NCBI GenBank assembly: GCA_965652295.1 | Contig: CBFGTS010000005.1 | Location: 64,001 to 128,000, forward strand | Reading direction: 5' to 3' | Source of the DNA: an uncultured Haloferula sp. | GTDB taxonomy: Bacteria; Verrucomicrobiota; Verrucomicrobiia; Verrucomicrobiales; Akkermansiaceae | DNA: 64,000 nt | In this document: positions 37,988 through 46,641 of the stretch, one piece after another | How the letters are laid out: each line of letters starts with the position of its first letter | Position numbering within the stretch: the first letter of the stretch is position 1 | Position numbers and translations under genes: made by a program | The notes under the pieces: model-generated | The model's input: only the letters and a program-made list of their open reading frames with translations | Databases searched by the model: none | Told to the model about the DNA's origin: nothing

Positions 37988-39982
37988 ATGAGAAAGATGG
38001 TGAAGTTCCTGACATGCGGCGGCCTGGCTCTCGCGGCGCTGATTCCCACCCTTTCGCCTGCGGCGGAAATGGCGCGCACCATCCTGGTTCTGGACGCCTC
38101 CGGCAGCATGTGGGGGCGGATCGACGGACGGCCGAAGATCGAGATCGCCCGCGAGGTGATCGGCAAGCTGGTGGACGATCTGCCGGAGGGCACCGAGCTG
38201 GGTCTGGTGACCTACGGGCATCGGAAAAAGGGAGACTGCGAGGACATCGAGCTGCTCGTCGAGCCATCGAAGCTCGACCGCGCTGCCTTCAAGAAGACAG
38301 TCAACGCCATCCAGCCGAAAGGCATGACGCCGCTGACTTCCGCCGTGGTGTTCGCCGCCGAAAACCTGCGTTCCACCGAGCTGAAGGCCACCGTGATTCT
38401 CGTGACCGATGGGGAGGAGACCTGTGATCGCGACCCCTGTGAGGCGGCGCAAACCCTGGAGGAGACGGGTGTCGATTTCACTGCTCACGTCGTGGCCTTC
38501 GACCTCGATGACAAGGCCGCGAAGTCCGTGGAATGCCTGGCCAAGGGCACGGGCGGACTTTTCCTCAAGGCGGACAACGCCACGACGCTGGCCGACGCGC
38601 TGCAGATGGTCATCGAGCCCGAGCCCGAGGAACCGCCGATGGAAGAGCCCGGCGAGGCCACCGTCAGCGGTCCGGAAACCGTGGTGGCCGGCAGCGAATT
38701 CGAGGCGACTTGGACCGGACCGGACGAAAGGGGCGACTACCTGACGATCGTCCCGAAAAAGTTCGAGGACGGTGCCTACCGGAATTACGAGTACACCCGT
38801 AGCGGGAGCCCCTTGAAGATCACGGCCATCCTGGATGAAGGCCCGGCGGAGCTGCGCTACATGCACGGCCGCACCGGCAAGGTCCTGGGTCGGGCGGACA
38901 TCGGGGTGGTGCCGGCGGAGGTTTCATTGAAGGCACCGGAAGCCGCGGTGGCGGGATCCGGGGTGGCGATCGAGTGGACCGGTCCGGACAACCGGGGCGA
39001 CTACCTCACGATCGTCCCGGTCGATACCGAGGATGGGAAGTATGCGCGCTACGCCTACACCCGGGACGGATCGCCCGCGAAAGTGCCGGCACCGGTGGAG
39101 CCGGGCGACTGCGAGGTGCGCTACATGACTGGCCAGGGCGGGAGGGTACTGGCGCGGGTGCCGTTGAAAGTGACCGCGGCCGAGGTGACGCTCAAGACGG
39201 CGGAAACCGCGGTGGCCGGTGCGGCGGTGCCGGTCGAGTGGACCGGCCCCGACAACCAGGGCGACTACATCACGATCGTCCCGGCCGGGACCGAGGACGG
39301 GAAGTATGCGAAGTACGCCTACACCCGGAGTGGCTCGCCCGCGAAAGTGCCGGCACCGGTGGAGCCCGGCGATTGCGAGGTGCGCTACATGACCGGTCAG
39401 GGCGGCAAGGTGCTGGCGCGGATTCCGCTCAAGGTGACCCCGGCCGAGGTTTCCCTGAGCGCGCCGGAGTCGGTGACGGCGGGGTCGACGGTGACGATCG
39501 AATGGACCGGGCCGGACAATCAGGGCGACTACATCACGGTGGTTTCCAAGGATCTGGAGGACGGGAAATACGCCCGCTACGCCTATACCCGAGCCGGCAG
39601 CCCGGCGAAGGTCGATGCGCCGATCGAGCCCGGCGATGGCGAGGTGCGCTACATGTCCGGCCAAGGAGCGAAGGTGCTGGCGCGGGTGCCGATCAAGGTC
39701 GAGGCGGCCGAGGTTTCCCTGAAAGCGCCGGAAGCGGCCGCGGCGGGATCAGAGGTGACGATCGAGTGGACCGGGCCGGACAACCGGGGCGACTACATCA
39801 CGATCGTGCCGAAGGATCTGGAGGACGGGAAGTATGCGAAGCACGCCTACACCCGTGCCGGCAGTCCGGTGAAGGTCGTGGCTCCCAAGGAACCCGGTGC
39901 CTGCGAAATCCGCTACATGGCCGGCCAAGGCGACAAGGTCCTCGCGCGCGTGCCGATTGAGATCGAGGCGGGAGAGCCGTAA
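37988..39982 (+). CDS. Exported VWA-domain protein with five tandem 88-aa beta repeats
   Basis: MIDAS DASGSM, TPL and TDGEETC motifs; repeats WTGPD..GDY.TIV..RYM. Confidence 0.92.
   Translation: MRKMVKFLTCGGLALAALIPTLSPAAEMARTILVLDASGSMWGRIDGRPKIEIAREVIGKLVDDLPEGTELGLVTYGHRKKGDCEDIELLVEPSKLDRAAFKKTVNAIQPKGMTPLTSAVVFAAENLRSTELKATVILVTDGEETCDRDPCEAAQTLEETGVDFTAHVVAFDLDDKAAKSVECLAKGTGGLFLKADNATTLADALQMVIEPEPEEPPMEEPGEATVSGPETVVAGSEFEATWTGPDERGDYLTIVPKKFEDGAYRNYEYTRSGSPLKITAILDEGPAELRYMHGRTGKVLGRADIGVVPAEVSLKAPEAAVAGSGVAIEWTGPDNRGDYLTIVPVDTEDGKYARYAYTRDGSPAKVPAPVEPGDCEVRYMTGQGGRVLARVPLKVTAAEVTLKTAETAVAGAAVPVEWTGPDNQGDYITIVPAGTEDGKYAKYAYTRSGSPAKVPAPVEPGDCEVRYMTGQGGKVLARIPLKVTPAEVSLSAPESVTAGSTVTIEWTGPDNQGDYITVVSKDLEDGKYARYAYTRAGSPAKVDAPIEPGDGEVRYMSGQGAKVLARVPIKVEAAEVSLKAPEAAAAGSEVTIEWTGPDNRGDYITIVPKDLEDGKYAKHAYTRAGSPVKVVAPKEPGACEIRYMAGQGDKVLARVPIEIEAGEP
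38654..39970 (+). repeat. Five intragenic 264-bp tandem repeats
   Basis: TGGACCGG (WTG) at 38711, 38975, 39239, 39503 and 39767, an exact 264-bp period. Confidence 0.95.
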
Positions 39983-40011
39983 AACGGGGCGCTTGGAGCG
40001 GCGAGCAGTTC

Positions 40012-41409
40012 CTAACTGACCATCCCGAGCCGGTAGGCATGGATGGCCACGGGTTCCAAGATCACCTCGACGCCTTCACGGACGACTCGGGCCTCGTGGG
40101 TGCGGGTGGTGATCGTGAGGCGGGGAATCGAGTTTTCCCGGCAGAAATCGAGCCACGGCTTCCAGGTAGCGGGCCGTTGCGCGGGGCGATCGGTATATTT
40201 GATTTCCACGGCTTCCTCCGGGACTAGCCCCGCCGTGAGAGAAACGAGGTCGAGTTCACGGGTTTGTCCGCCGCTTTTCCAGCGTGCGTAGTGCAGGTGC
40301 TCGCCGAGGTGGTGGAAACGTTGGGCGAACACCGCCGTTTCGACGAGGTGCCCGAGACCCTCGCTGCCCTCGGACAGCGGGGCGAAGAGTCCGGTGCGGA
40401 GGGACGGGTTGGTGAGGTAGATCTTGTATTGCCGGTCGCGCTGGAAACGCCCCGCCTTCCGATCGACACGCGTGACGATACGGACGAGGAAGGCTGCTTC
40501 CAGGTAGTCGATGTATTTCCGCAGGGTGTTCTTGGCGACGGCAGAGCTTTTCGCCAGTTCGTCCAGAGAGAGTTCGCCGCCGCTGTTGAGGGCGAGCATG
40601 GTGAAAAGGCGGTGCAATTCGCGCACGTCGGAGATGCCGTAGAGACTGGGCAGGTCGCGCAGCAGCACCTTGTCGATGATATCGGAGCGCATGAAGCGCA
40701 CGGTGTCTTGTTGCGGGGCTTCATGGAGGGCGATCTCGGGATAGCCACCGAAGTTGAGGTAACGGATGAATTCCGCGTTGAGCGCCTCGATGTCGGAGGC
40801 GAAGAGGCCGTTTTCGTCATCGCCGATGAGGTGGTGAAAGCCGCGGAGCTGGATGAACTCGGCGAAGGTCAGCGGTGGCAGTAGGAAGTCGGTGAAGCGG
40901 CCTGCTCCGGATTCCTTGCTGCCCCGGCCGAGGGCTGCATTGGCCGAGCCCGAGACGACGAAGCGGGTGGCACTGCCGGCATCGTGCAGGGTTTTCAGAT
41001 GTTGCTCCCAGTCGCGAAGGTACTGGATCTCGTCAAAGAAGACGAAGCAGCGTTGCGTCCGCCAGTCCGTGCCGGTGACGCGCTGGAAGGCGTCGAGCAG
41101 GATGGAAAGGGGCGAATCGACGTAAACCGGGTTGTCCACCGCGACGTAGAGGATCCGTTCCGGAGCAACGCCGCTGGTCAGCAGTTCACCGATGGCGTGG
41201 TGGATCAGGAAGGTCTTCCCCACGCGACGCGGACCGAGCAGGACGACCTCGCGCCGGACGGACTCCTGTCGGACGAGCCGGAGGAAATCGTCGAGAAACG
41301 AGCGCTGGTACGGGGTCTGGAACCTCCCGGAGAGCGCAGGCAGCTCGTGCCACCACGGGTTCTCCTCGCGGAGGGAGGTTTCCAGCTGTTCGGGGCTGAT
41401 GCGGATCAC
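40012..41409 (-). CDS. AAA_14/DUF4143-type ATP-binding protein with HTH and possible C-terminal PD-(D/E)xK-like motif
   Basis: GPRRVGKT, FFDEIQ, SGS, GGYPE, HTH-like ELAKSSAVAKNTLRKYIDYLE and ELDLV..VEIK motifs. Start set at GTG 41409. Confidence 0.88.
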   Translation of the reverse strand: MIRISPEQLETSLREENPWWHELPALSGRFQTPYQRSFLDDFLRLVRQESVRREVVLLGPRRVGKTFLIHHAIGELLTSGVAPERILYVAVDNPVYVDSPLSILLDAFQRVTGTDWRTQRCFVFFDEIQYLRDWEQHLKTLHDAGSATRFVVSGSANAALGRGSKESGAGRFTDFLLPPLTFAEFIQLRGFHHLIGDDENGLFASDIEALNAEFIRYLNFGGYPEIALHEAPQQDTVRFMRSDIIDKVLLRDLPSLYGISDVRELHRLFTMLALNSGGELSLDELAKSSAVAKNTLRKYIDYLEAAFLVRIVTRVDRKAGRFQRDRQYKIYLTNPSLRTGLFAPLSEGSEGLGHLVETAVFAQRFHHLGEHLHYARWKSGGQTRELDLVSLTAGLVPEEAVEIKYTDRPAQRPATWKPWLDFCRENSIPRLTITTRTHEARVVREGVEVILEPVAIHAYRLGMVS

Positions 41410-41411
41410 GT

Positions 41412-41472
41412 TAAGATCATTGAATTGATCATAAGCGACGTCAAGAAGGATAAGATCAATCGGGTGATCATA
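41412..41472 (-). promoter_or_regulatory. Promoter TTGACG-N17-AATGAT with two copies of the imperfect inverted repeat TAAGATCA-N6-TGATCATA
   Basis: Repeat copies at 41412-41433 and 41451-41472. On the minus strand, -35 is at 41444-41439 and -10 at 41421-41416. Confidence 0.7.
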
Positions 41473-41518
41473 TATCGGGGGGTGAAATGGCCATCCTGCG
41501 GATACCGCCCACGACGCT

Positions 41519-44266
41519 TCACCCCAGCGGCGCGAGGAGGTTGGAGAGGAGCTGGGCATCCGGCGCGGCGGCTTTGGCGGCGTCGGCGAGGAGGGCGTCG
41601 GCGAGTTCGCTTTTCTTGGCCTGGAGCTGGTGGATGCGCTCTTCGACGGTGCCTTGGCAGATGAGCTTGTGGACGAAGACGGGGTTCTTCTGGCCGATGC
41701 GGTAGGCGCGGTCGGTGGCCTGGGCCTCGGCGGCGGGGTTCCACCAGGGGTCGTAGTGGATGACGGTATCGGCGGCGGTCAGATTGAGGCCCGTGCCGCC
41801 GGCTTTGAGGGAGATCAGAAACAAGGGGATCTCGCCGGTTTGGAAGCGCTCGACGAGTTCGCCGCGGTTCTTGGATCCACCGGTGAGCATGAGGTAGCGG
41901 ATCTTCCGCTGCTGGAGATGCGCGGCGATGATGTCGAGCATGCTGGTGAACTGCGAGAAGAGCAGGATGCGACGGCCTTCTTCGACGAGGGTGTCGAGGA
42001 GGTCGGCGAGGTAGTCGAGCTTGGCGGAGCCGGCGGCATCGGCTTCGAGCTTCGACTCGTTCTCGAACTTGAGCAGCTTCGGCTCGCAGCAGATCTGGCG
42101 GAGCTTGAGGAGGGCTTCGAGGAAAAGCATGCGGGAGCCCTCCAAGCCCTTGATGGCGATGGCCTGCCGGACGCGCTTGTCCATGGTGGCACGGACGGTT
42201 TCGTAGAGGTCCTTCTGCGCCGTGTTGAGTTCGACGGGGTGGACGAGGATGGTTTTCGGCGGGAGTTCCTTGGCGACCTGGTCCTTGGTGCGGCGGAGGA
42301 TGAGGGGGGCGACGCGGTTTTTCAGGGCGGCCTGGCGCTCTTCGTTGCCTTCGTTTTCGATCGGTTTGCGGAAGCGTCGGTTGAACTCCTCCTGGCCGCC
42401 GAGGAAGCCGGGCATGAGGAAACGCATGAGGCTCCAGAGTTCGCCGAGGTGGTTCTCAACCGGCGTGCCGGAGAGGCAGAGGCGGTGGCGGCCGTCGAGT
42501 TCGCAGGCGGCCTTGGCGACCTTGGCGGCGGGGTTCTTGATGTACTGGGCCTCGTCGAGGATGACAAGATGGTACGGGAAGCCTCGTAGTTTTTCGATGT
42601 CGCGCTGGAGCAGGGCGTAGGAGGTGAGGACGAGGTCGGCGTAGGGGATGGAGCGGAAATACTTTCTCCGCTGGGGTCCATCGAGGACGAGCGGACGGAG
42701 CGAGGGGGTGAATTTTTTCGCCTCGGCGAGCCAGTTGGGGACCACGGAGGTGGGCGCGATGACGAGGGCGGGGCGGCCGTTCATGCGCCCGGCTTCCTTT
42801 TCGGCGAGGATGTGGGTGAGGGTCTGGAGGGTTTTGCCGAGGCCCATGTCATCGGCGAGGATGCCGTGCAAATCGTGCTTTGTTAGAAACTGCATCCACT
42901 CGAAGCCGGTGCGCTGGTAATCCCGAAGGTCCGCCTGAAGCGAGTGCGGAGTGCGGAGCGCGGAGTGCGGAATGGAAGAAGATCCGCTGAGGGACTGGAT
43001 GAGTTGTTCGAGCTTGGCGGGTGGGTTGAAGCTCGCGGGGTCGTTGTGGACGAGGGTGGCGGCGTCGAGGGGGTGGAGCTTGAGCTTGGAGCCTTTGAAA
43101 CGACGGGGATCGAGGAGGGCGGAGAACTGTTTGAGGATGCGGCGGATGCGGTCGGCGGGGAGCTGGAGTGCGCGTCCGTCATCGAGATGGTGGAGAAAAC
43201 TGCCCTCGGCGGGAAATTCGAGGGTGATCTCGGTGGCGCCGCGGTCGAGGAGCTGGGCGAGAATGGGGAGGAGATCGAGCTGGCTGCCGTTGACATCGAA
43301 GCCGACGGAGAGGTGGAACCAGCCGGTGCCGTCGTCTTCGAGGACGTATTTGAAGGCGGCGGGGTCGAGCTGGATGACTTCGTGCCCGACGTCGGTATCG
43401 AAGGAAACGGTCCAGCCCGAGGCTTCGAGCGTGGCGGCGCCGGTGGCGCGGAGCCAGGGCCAGAATTGATCGAGGGTGCCGTGGGCGGGGTTGGGGAACC
43501 AAAGGCCTGCGGCCGATGATGGATGGTGGATGGCGGATGGTGGATGATTTTTCTGATCCAGCGCGAGGAGGAAGCGGTACTGGGCGTGGGAGCCGAGGGA
43601 GGCGAGGCCGGCTTGCTGGAGCTGGAGGATGGCGTTCATTTCCGCGGCGGGATCGCGGAGGAGGACGGAGCCATCGGGCAACGGATGCTCGCGCAGACCG
43701 GGTTTGCCGGAGAGGGAAATACGGTGATCGCCGTAGATGGCGACGGGGCGGGCGACGACCCACTCGCCGGTGTCGGGGATCTTCAGGGCCTGGAGGAGCA
43801 GGCGGACGACTTTGGAGTCGGTGGGCTCGCGGGTGATACGGAGGTGGAAGGACGGGGGATGGGAGACGGTGGACGGGGAGGCTTGCGCCGCGGGGTCGGC
43901 GGGGGTGCCGGTCTGCCGCCGACGAGTCGGGGGAGCAAGACCGGCGCTCCGTTCGGTGAGGAGATCGCGGAGTTTGGCCGGCTTGCCGGCGGTGAGGAGG
44001 GCGGCGGCGGCGTGGGGGCAGAAGGTGCGGATCTCGCAGGGGCAGGTGCTTTCGAAATCCCAGCGGCCGTCTTCCTGCCAATGAATGATTTCGCAGGGCT
44101 CGCCGGCGACTTCGGCCTTGAGGACGAACTGGTCGCTTTCCCAGAACCCCTGGAGCGCGCGGACTCTGCCTTTGAGTTTGTTGGCGACGAGCAGGACCTC
44201 GTCCTCGAAGCGATCCCGCCAGCGGGATTCGGTGAAGTGGTCGCGGATGTCGGGAACGTCGGGCAC
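41519..44266 (-). CDS. SWIM zinc-finger SNF2-family helicase/ATPase
   Basis: CPCEIRTFCPH, LRDYQ, ILADDMGLGKT, DEAQ, LSGTPVEN and QATDRAYRIGQ motifs. Start set at GTG 44266. Confidence 0.93.
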   Translation of the reverse strand: MPDVPDIRDHFTESRWRDRFEDEVLLVANKLKGRVRALQGFWESDQFVLKAEVAGEPCEIIHWQEDGRWDFESTCPCEIRTFCPHAAAALLTAGKPAKLRDLLTERSAGLAPPTRRRQTGTPADPAAQASPSTVSHPPSFHLRITREPTDSKVVRLLLQALKIPDTGEWVVARPVAIYGDHRISLSGKPGLREHPLPDGSVLLRDPAAEMNAILQLQQAGLASLGSHAQYRFLLALDQKNHPPSAIHHPSSAAGLWFPNPAHGTLDQFWPWLRATGAATLEASGWTVSFDTDVGHEVIQLDPAAFKYVLEDDGTGWFHLSVGFDVNGSQLDLLPILAQLLDRGATEITLEFPAEGSFLHHLDDGRALQLPADRIRRILKQFSALLDPRRFKGSKLKLHPLDAATLVHNDPASFNPPAKLEQLIQSLSGSSSIPHSALRTPHSLQADLRDYQRTGFEWMQFLTKHDLHGILADDMGLGKTLQTLTHILAEKEAGRMNGRPALVIAPTSVVPNWLAEAKKFTPSLRPLVLDGPQRRKYFRSIPYADLVLTSYALLQRDIEKLRGFPYHLVILDEAQYIKNPAAKVAKAACELDGRHRLCLSGTPVENHLGELWSLMRFLMPGFLGGQEEFNRRFRKPIENEGNEERQAALKNRVAPLILRRTKDQVAKELPPKTILVHPVELNTAQKDLYETVRATMDKRVRQAIAIKGLEGSRMLFLEALLKLRQICCEPKLLKFENESKLEADAAGSAKLDYLADLLDTLVEEGRRILLFSQFTSMLDIIAAHLQQRKIRYLMLTGGSKNRGELVERFQTGEIPLFLISLKAGGTGLNLTAADTVIHYDPWWNPAAEAQATDRAYRIGQKNPVFVHKLICQGTVEERIHQLQAKKSELADALLADAAKAAAPDAQLLSNLLAPLG
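42942..42976. repeat. Heptamer tandem array (GAGTGCG)n inside the SNF2 CDS
   Basis: GAGTGCG GAGTGCG GAGCGCG GAGTGCG GAATGGA. Confidence 0.85.
43515..43549. repeat. Heptamer tandem array (GATGGTG)n inside the SNF2 CDS
   Basis: GATGATG GATGGTG GATGGCG GATGGTG GATGATT. Confidence 0.85.
43851..43878. repeat. Degenerate heptamer array (GACGGGG)n inside the SNF2 CDS
   Basis: GACGGGG GATGGGA GACGGTG GACGGGG. Confidence 0.65.
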
Positions 44267-44363
44267 GGGTGAGTGGAGGGGATACAGGCGTGGGCTCCGG
44301 GAGTCCAGTGTCCGGGGGCGGGTGAGCTTGACCGGGCCGGAGCCGCGGGATAGTTCCCTGCGC

Positions 44364-44423
44364 GTGAAGTCGTTCTTTCCTCTCCTTGTCTTTGCCCGCG
44401 TCGGGCTCCGGGTGGGGGAATGA
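44364..44423 (+). CDS. Putative 19-aa leader peptide (M)KSFFPLLVFARVGLRVGE
   Basis: GTG lies 7 nt after TTGACC-N17-TAGTTC; the ORF is followed by a terminator hairpin upstream of the MATE gene. Confidence 0.55.
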   Translation: MKSFFPLLVFARVGLRVGE

Positions 44424-44453
44424 ATGGTTTTTGCCGACCGTTTTTCCGATCCC

Positions 44454-44488
44454 GCCCGCTTGGCCGCCGCCGAGCGGGCTTTTTGTTT
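44454..44488 (+). terminator. Intrinsic terminator/attenuator hairpin directly upstream of the MATE start
   Basis: GCCCGCTTGGC-cgcc-GCCGAGCGGGC (11-bp stem, one G:U pair) followed by TTTTTGTTT. Confidence 0.75.
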
Positions 44489-44492
44489 CCCG

Positions 44493-45881
44493 ATGCATCC
44501 GGTTCCCCACTCCGAAACTCCTGTTTCCCCGCGTCTGCTGGACGAGGGGCGGGTGACGCTGCGCCTGGCGGTGCCGCTGATCGTGGGGCAGGTGAGCCAG
44601 ATGCTGATGGGGGTGGTGGATACGATGATGATCGGGCGGGTGGGGGTGACGGAGCTGGCGGCTTCGTCGTTCGCGAACACGCTGATCTATCTGCCGATGA
44701 TGTTCGGGATCGGGATGTCGATGGCGGTGTCGATCCGGGTCTCGCAAGCCCGCGGCGGGAAGGATCCGGCGGCGGCGCGGGCGGCGCTGCGGCATGGCTT
44801 GCAGATGACGATGGGGATCGGGGTGCTGACGCTGCTGGCGACGTGGGCGCTGCTGCCGTTTCTCGGGATCTTCCGGCAGACCGAGGCGGTGGTGGAAACG
44901 GTGCCGGGCTATCTGCTGCTGGTGGCGGCGTCGATGATCCCGGCGATGGCGGGGATGGCGGTGAAAAACCACGCGGATGCGATGAATCGTCCGTGGCCGG
45001 TGTTCTGGATCACCTTCGGCTCGGTGCTGGCGAATGTGGTGCTGAACTGGGTGTTCATCTTCGGAAATCTGGGTGCCCCGGTGATGGGGCTGGAGGGAGC
45101 GGGGCTGGCGACCTTGCTGGCGCGGACGCTGGCGTTTGCGGGAATGATCGCGTGGTGCCTGCGCTCGAAGGGGCTTCGGGAATGGGTGCCTTACCGGTGG
45201 TTCCGGCGGCCGGAGATGGCGGCGTTGCGCGATCTGGTGCGGGTGGGTTTCCCGGCGAGCATGCAGTTGCTGGCGGAGGTGAGCGCATTCGTGTTCGCGA
45301 CGTTGCTGATCGGGACCTTGGGCGAAGCGGCGCTGGCTTCCCACCAGGTGGCGATTTCCTGCGCGGCCACGGTTTTCATGGTGCCGCTGGGTCTTTCGAT
45401 GGCGATGACGGTGCGGATCGGCGAAGTCGGTGGGGCGCGGGAATTCGGGCGGATGCGGCCGATCCTGCTGAGCGGCTGGGCGCTGGGGCTGATCTACGCG
45501 GCGGCGGGGGCGGCGGCGTTCGGGCTTTTCCGCGATGAGATCGCGGGCTGGTTTGTGACCGAGCCGGTGGCCCTGGCGGCCGCCTCGGGCCTGCTGCTGG
45601 TGGCGGCCGCGTTCCAGTTCAGCGACTCGATGCAGATCATCTCGGCCGGAGCGCTGCGGGGCCTGGATGATGTGAAAATCCCGGCATGGCTGGCTTTCGG
45701 GGCCTACTGGGTGGTGTCGATTCCGCTCGGCTGGGCGTTGGCGATCCCGCTCGGCCACGGCGTCCAGGGAATGTGGTGGGGGATCACCGCGGGCCTCACG
45801 CTGACGGCGGTGGCGCTGGGCACGCGGGTGTGGCGGCGGACGTCGCCGGATTTTCCGCGGGAGTCATGGCGGAAACCATGA
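44493..45881 (+). CDS. MATE-family efflux transporter (NorM-like)
   Basis: LAVPLI..VDTMMIGRVG..LAA, NVVLNWVFIFG..GLEGAGLAT and GALRGLDD motifs; about 12 TM segments. Confidence 0.94.
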   Translation: MHPVPHSETPVSPRLLDEGRVTLRLAVPLIVGQVSQMLMGVVDTMMIGRVGVTELAASSFANTLIYLPMMFGIGMSMAVSIRVSQARGGKDPAAARAALRHGLQMTMGIGVLTLLATWALLPFLGIFRQTEAVVETVPGYLLLVAASMIPAMAGMAVKNHADAMNRPWPVFWITFGSVLANVVLNWVFIFGNLGAPVMGLEGAGLATLLARTLAFAGMIAWCLRSKGLREWVPYRWFRRPEMAALRDLVRVGFPASMQLLAEVSAFVFATLLIGTLGEAALASHQVAISCAATVFMVPLGLSMAMTVRIGEVGGAREFGRMRPILLSGWALGLIYAAAGAAAFGLFRDEIAGWFVTEPVALAAASGLLLVAAAFQFSDSMQIISAGALRGLDDVKIPAWLAFGAYWVVSIPLGWALAIPLGHGVQGMWWGITAGLTLTAVALGTRVWRRTSPDFPRESWRKP

Positions 45882-46095
45882 ACATGGCGGCCGCCGTGGT
45901 AATCGATGGCAGGAAAAAGGCTCCGGACCCCGAACTTTCCAAGGGTCGTTGTTGAGAAGAAGATCCCTCCGCTCAGACTGATTAGTTCCTCAAATCCGAC
46001 TCTTCCTTTCTTACCGCAAAACCCCAATGCCGCGGTGTTTTCTCTTTCCCGCCATCAAACCAGACTCGGAAATGCCGCGTTTGGAGGTGCGTTCG

Positions 46096-46629
46096 ATGGC
46101 CCCCGCAACCACTCCTTGGCCATGGGAGGCGACGATGTTGACCGCGTTGAACTGCTATGTGCTGTGGGGGCTGACGTGGCTGCAATTCCTCACGACTCTC
46201 GGGTGCTTTTACTACAATGGCCTCAACTTGTGGTTCTACGTCGTCACCGGGCATCCGCTCGGGCTGACGATTCCGGAATCCTTCCTCGCCTTCTCGATCG
46301 CGCTCTCCCTTTTCGCCATAGGTGCCGTGACCGGCAGCACGCTGCGGGCACCTCGTCTGTGGAAACGCCTCCTCACCGTAGGGGTGTTCGCCGCACTGGC
46401 GATCGGGCTTTCCTGCTTCAACCTTCACCTACGCCATCTCAGCTACCGGCGGGCGATCGACACCCGTGCCGAAATCCTCCGCGGCTTTGGGGGCCACCCG
46501 GCGAGTGGATCAGATCCCGGCAACGAATGGCTGGCTCAGGATCTCCAGTGGCGACGAAGCGCGGTCGAACGCTATGACGAGCTGCTAAGCCAGTATCGGG
46601 CCAAATATGGCTTGGACGATTCTCCGTAA
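46096..46629 (+). CDS. Hypothetical membrane protein (start uncertain)
   Basis: ORF with about 3 hydrophobic segments filling the gap between genes; lower GC. Confidence 0.6.
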   Translation: MAPATTPWPWEATMLTALNCYVLWGLTWLQFLTTLGCFYYNGLNLWFYVVTGHPLGLTIPESFLAFSIALSLFAIGAVTGSTLRAPRLWKRLLTVGVFAALAIGLSCFNLHLRHLSYRRAIDTRAEILRGFGGHPASGSDPGNEWLAQDLQWRRSAVERYDELLSQYRAKYGLDDSP

Positions 46630-46641
46630 GACCAGCTCCGG

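Noticed and set aside
43179..45758. 859-aa Arg/Pro-rich minus-strand ORF
   Set aside because: Overlaps the SNF2 gene off-frame and the MATE gene antisense; composition is typical of non-coding frames.
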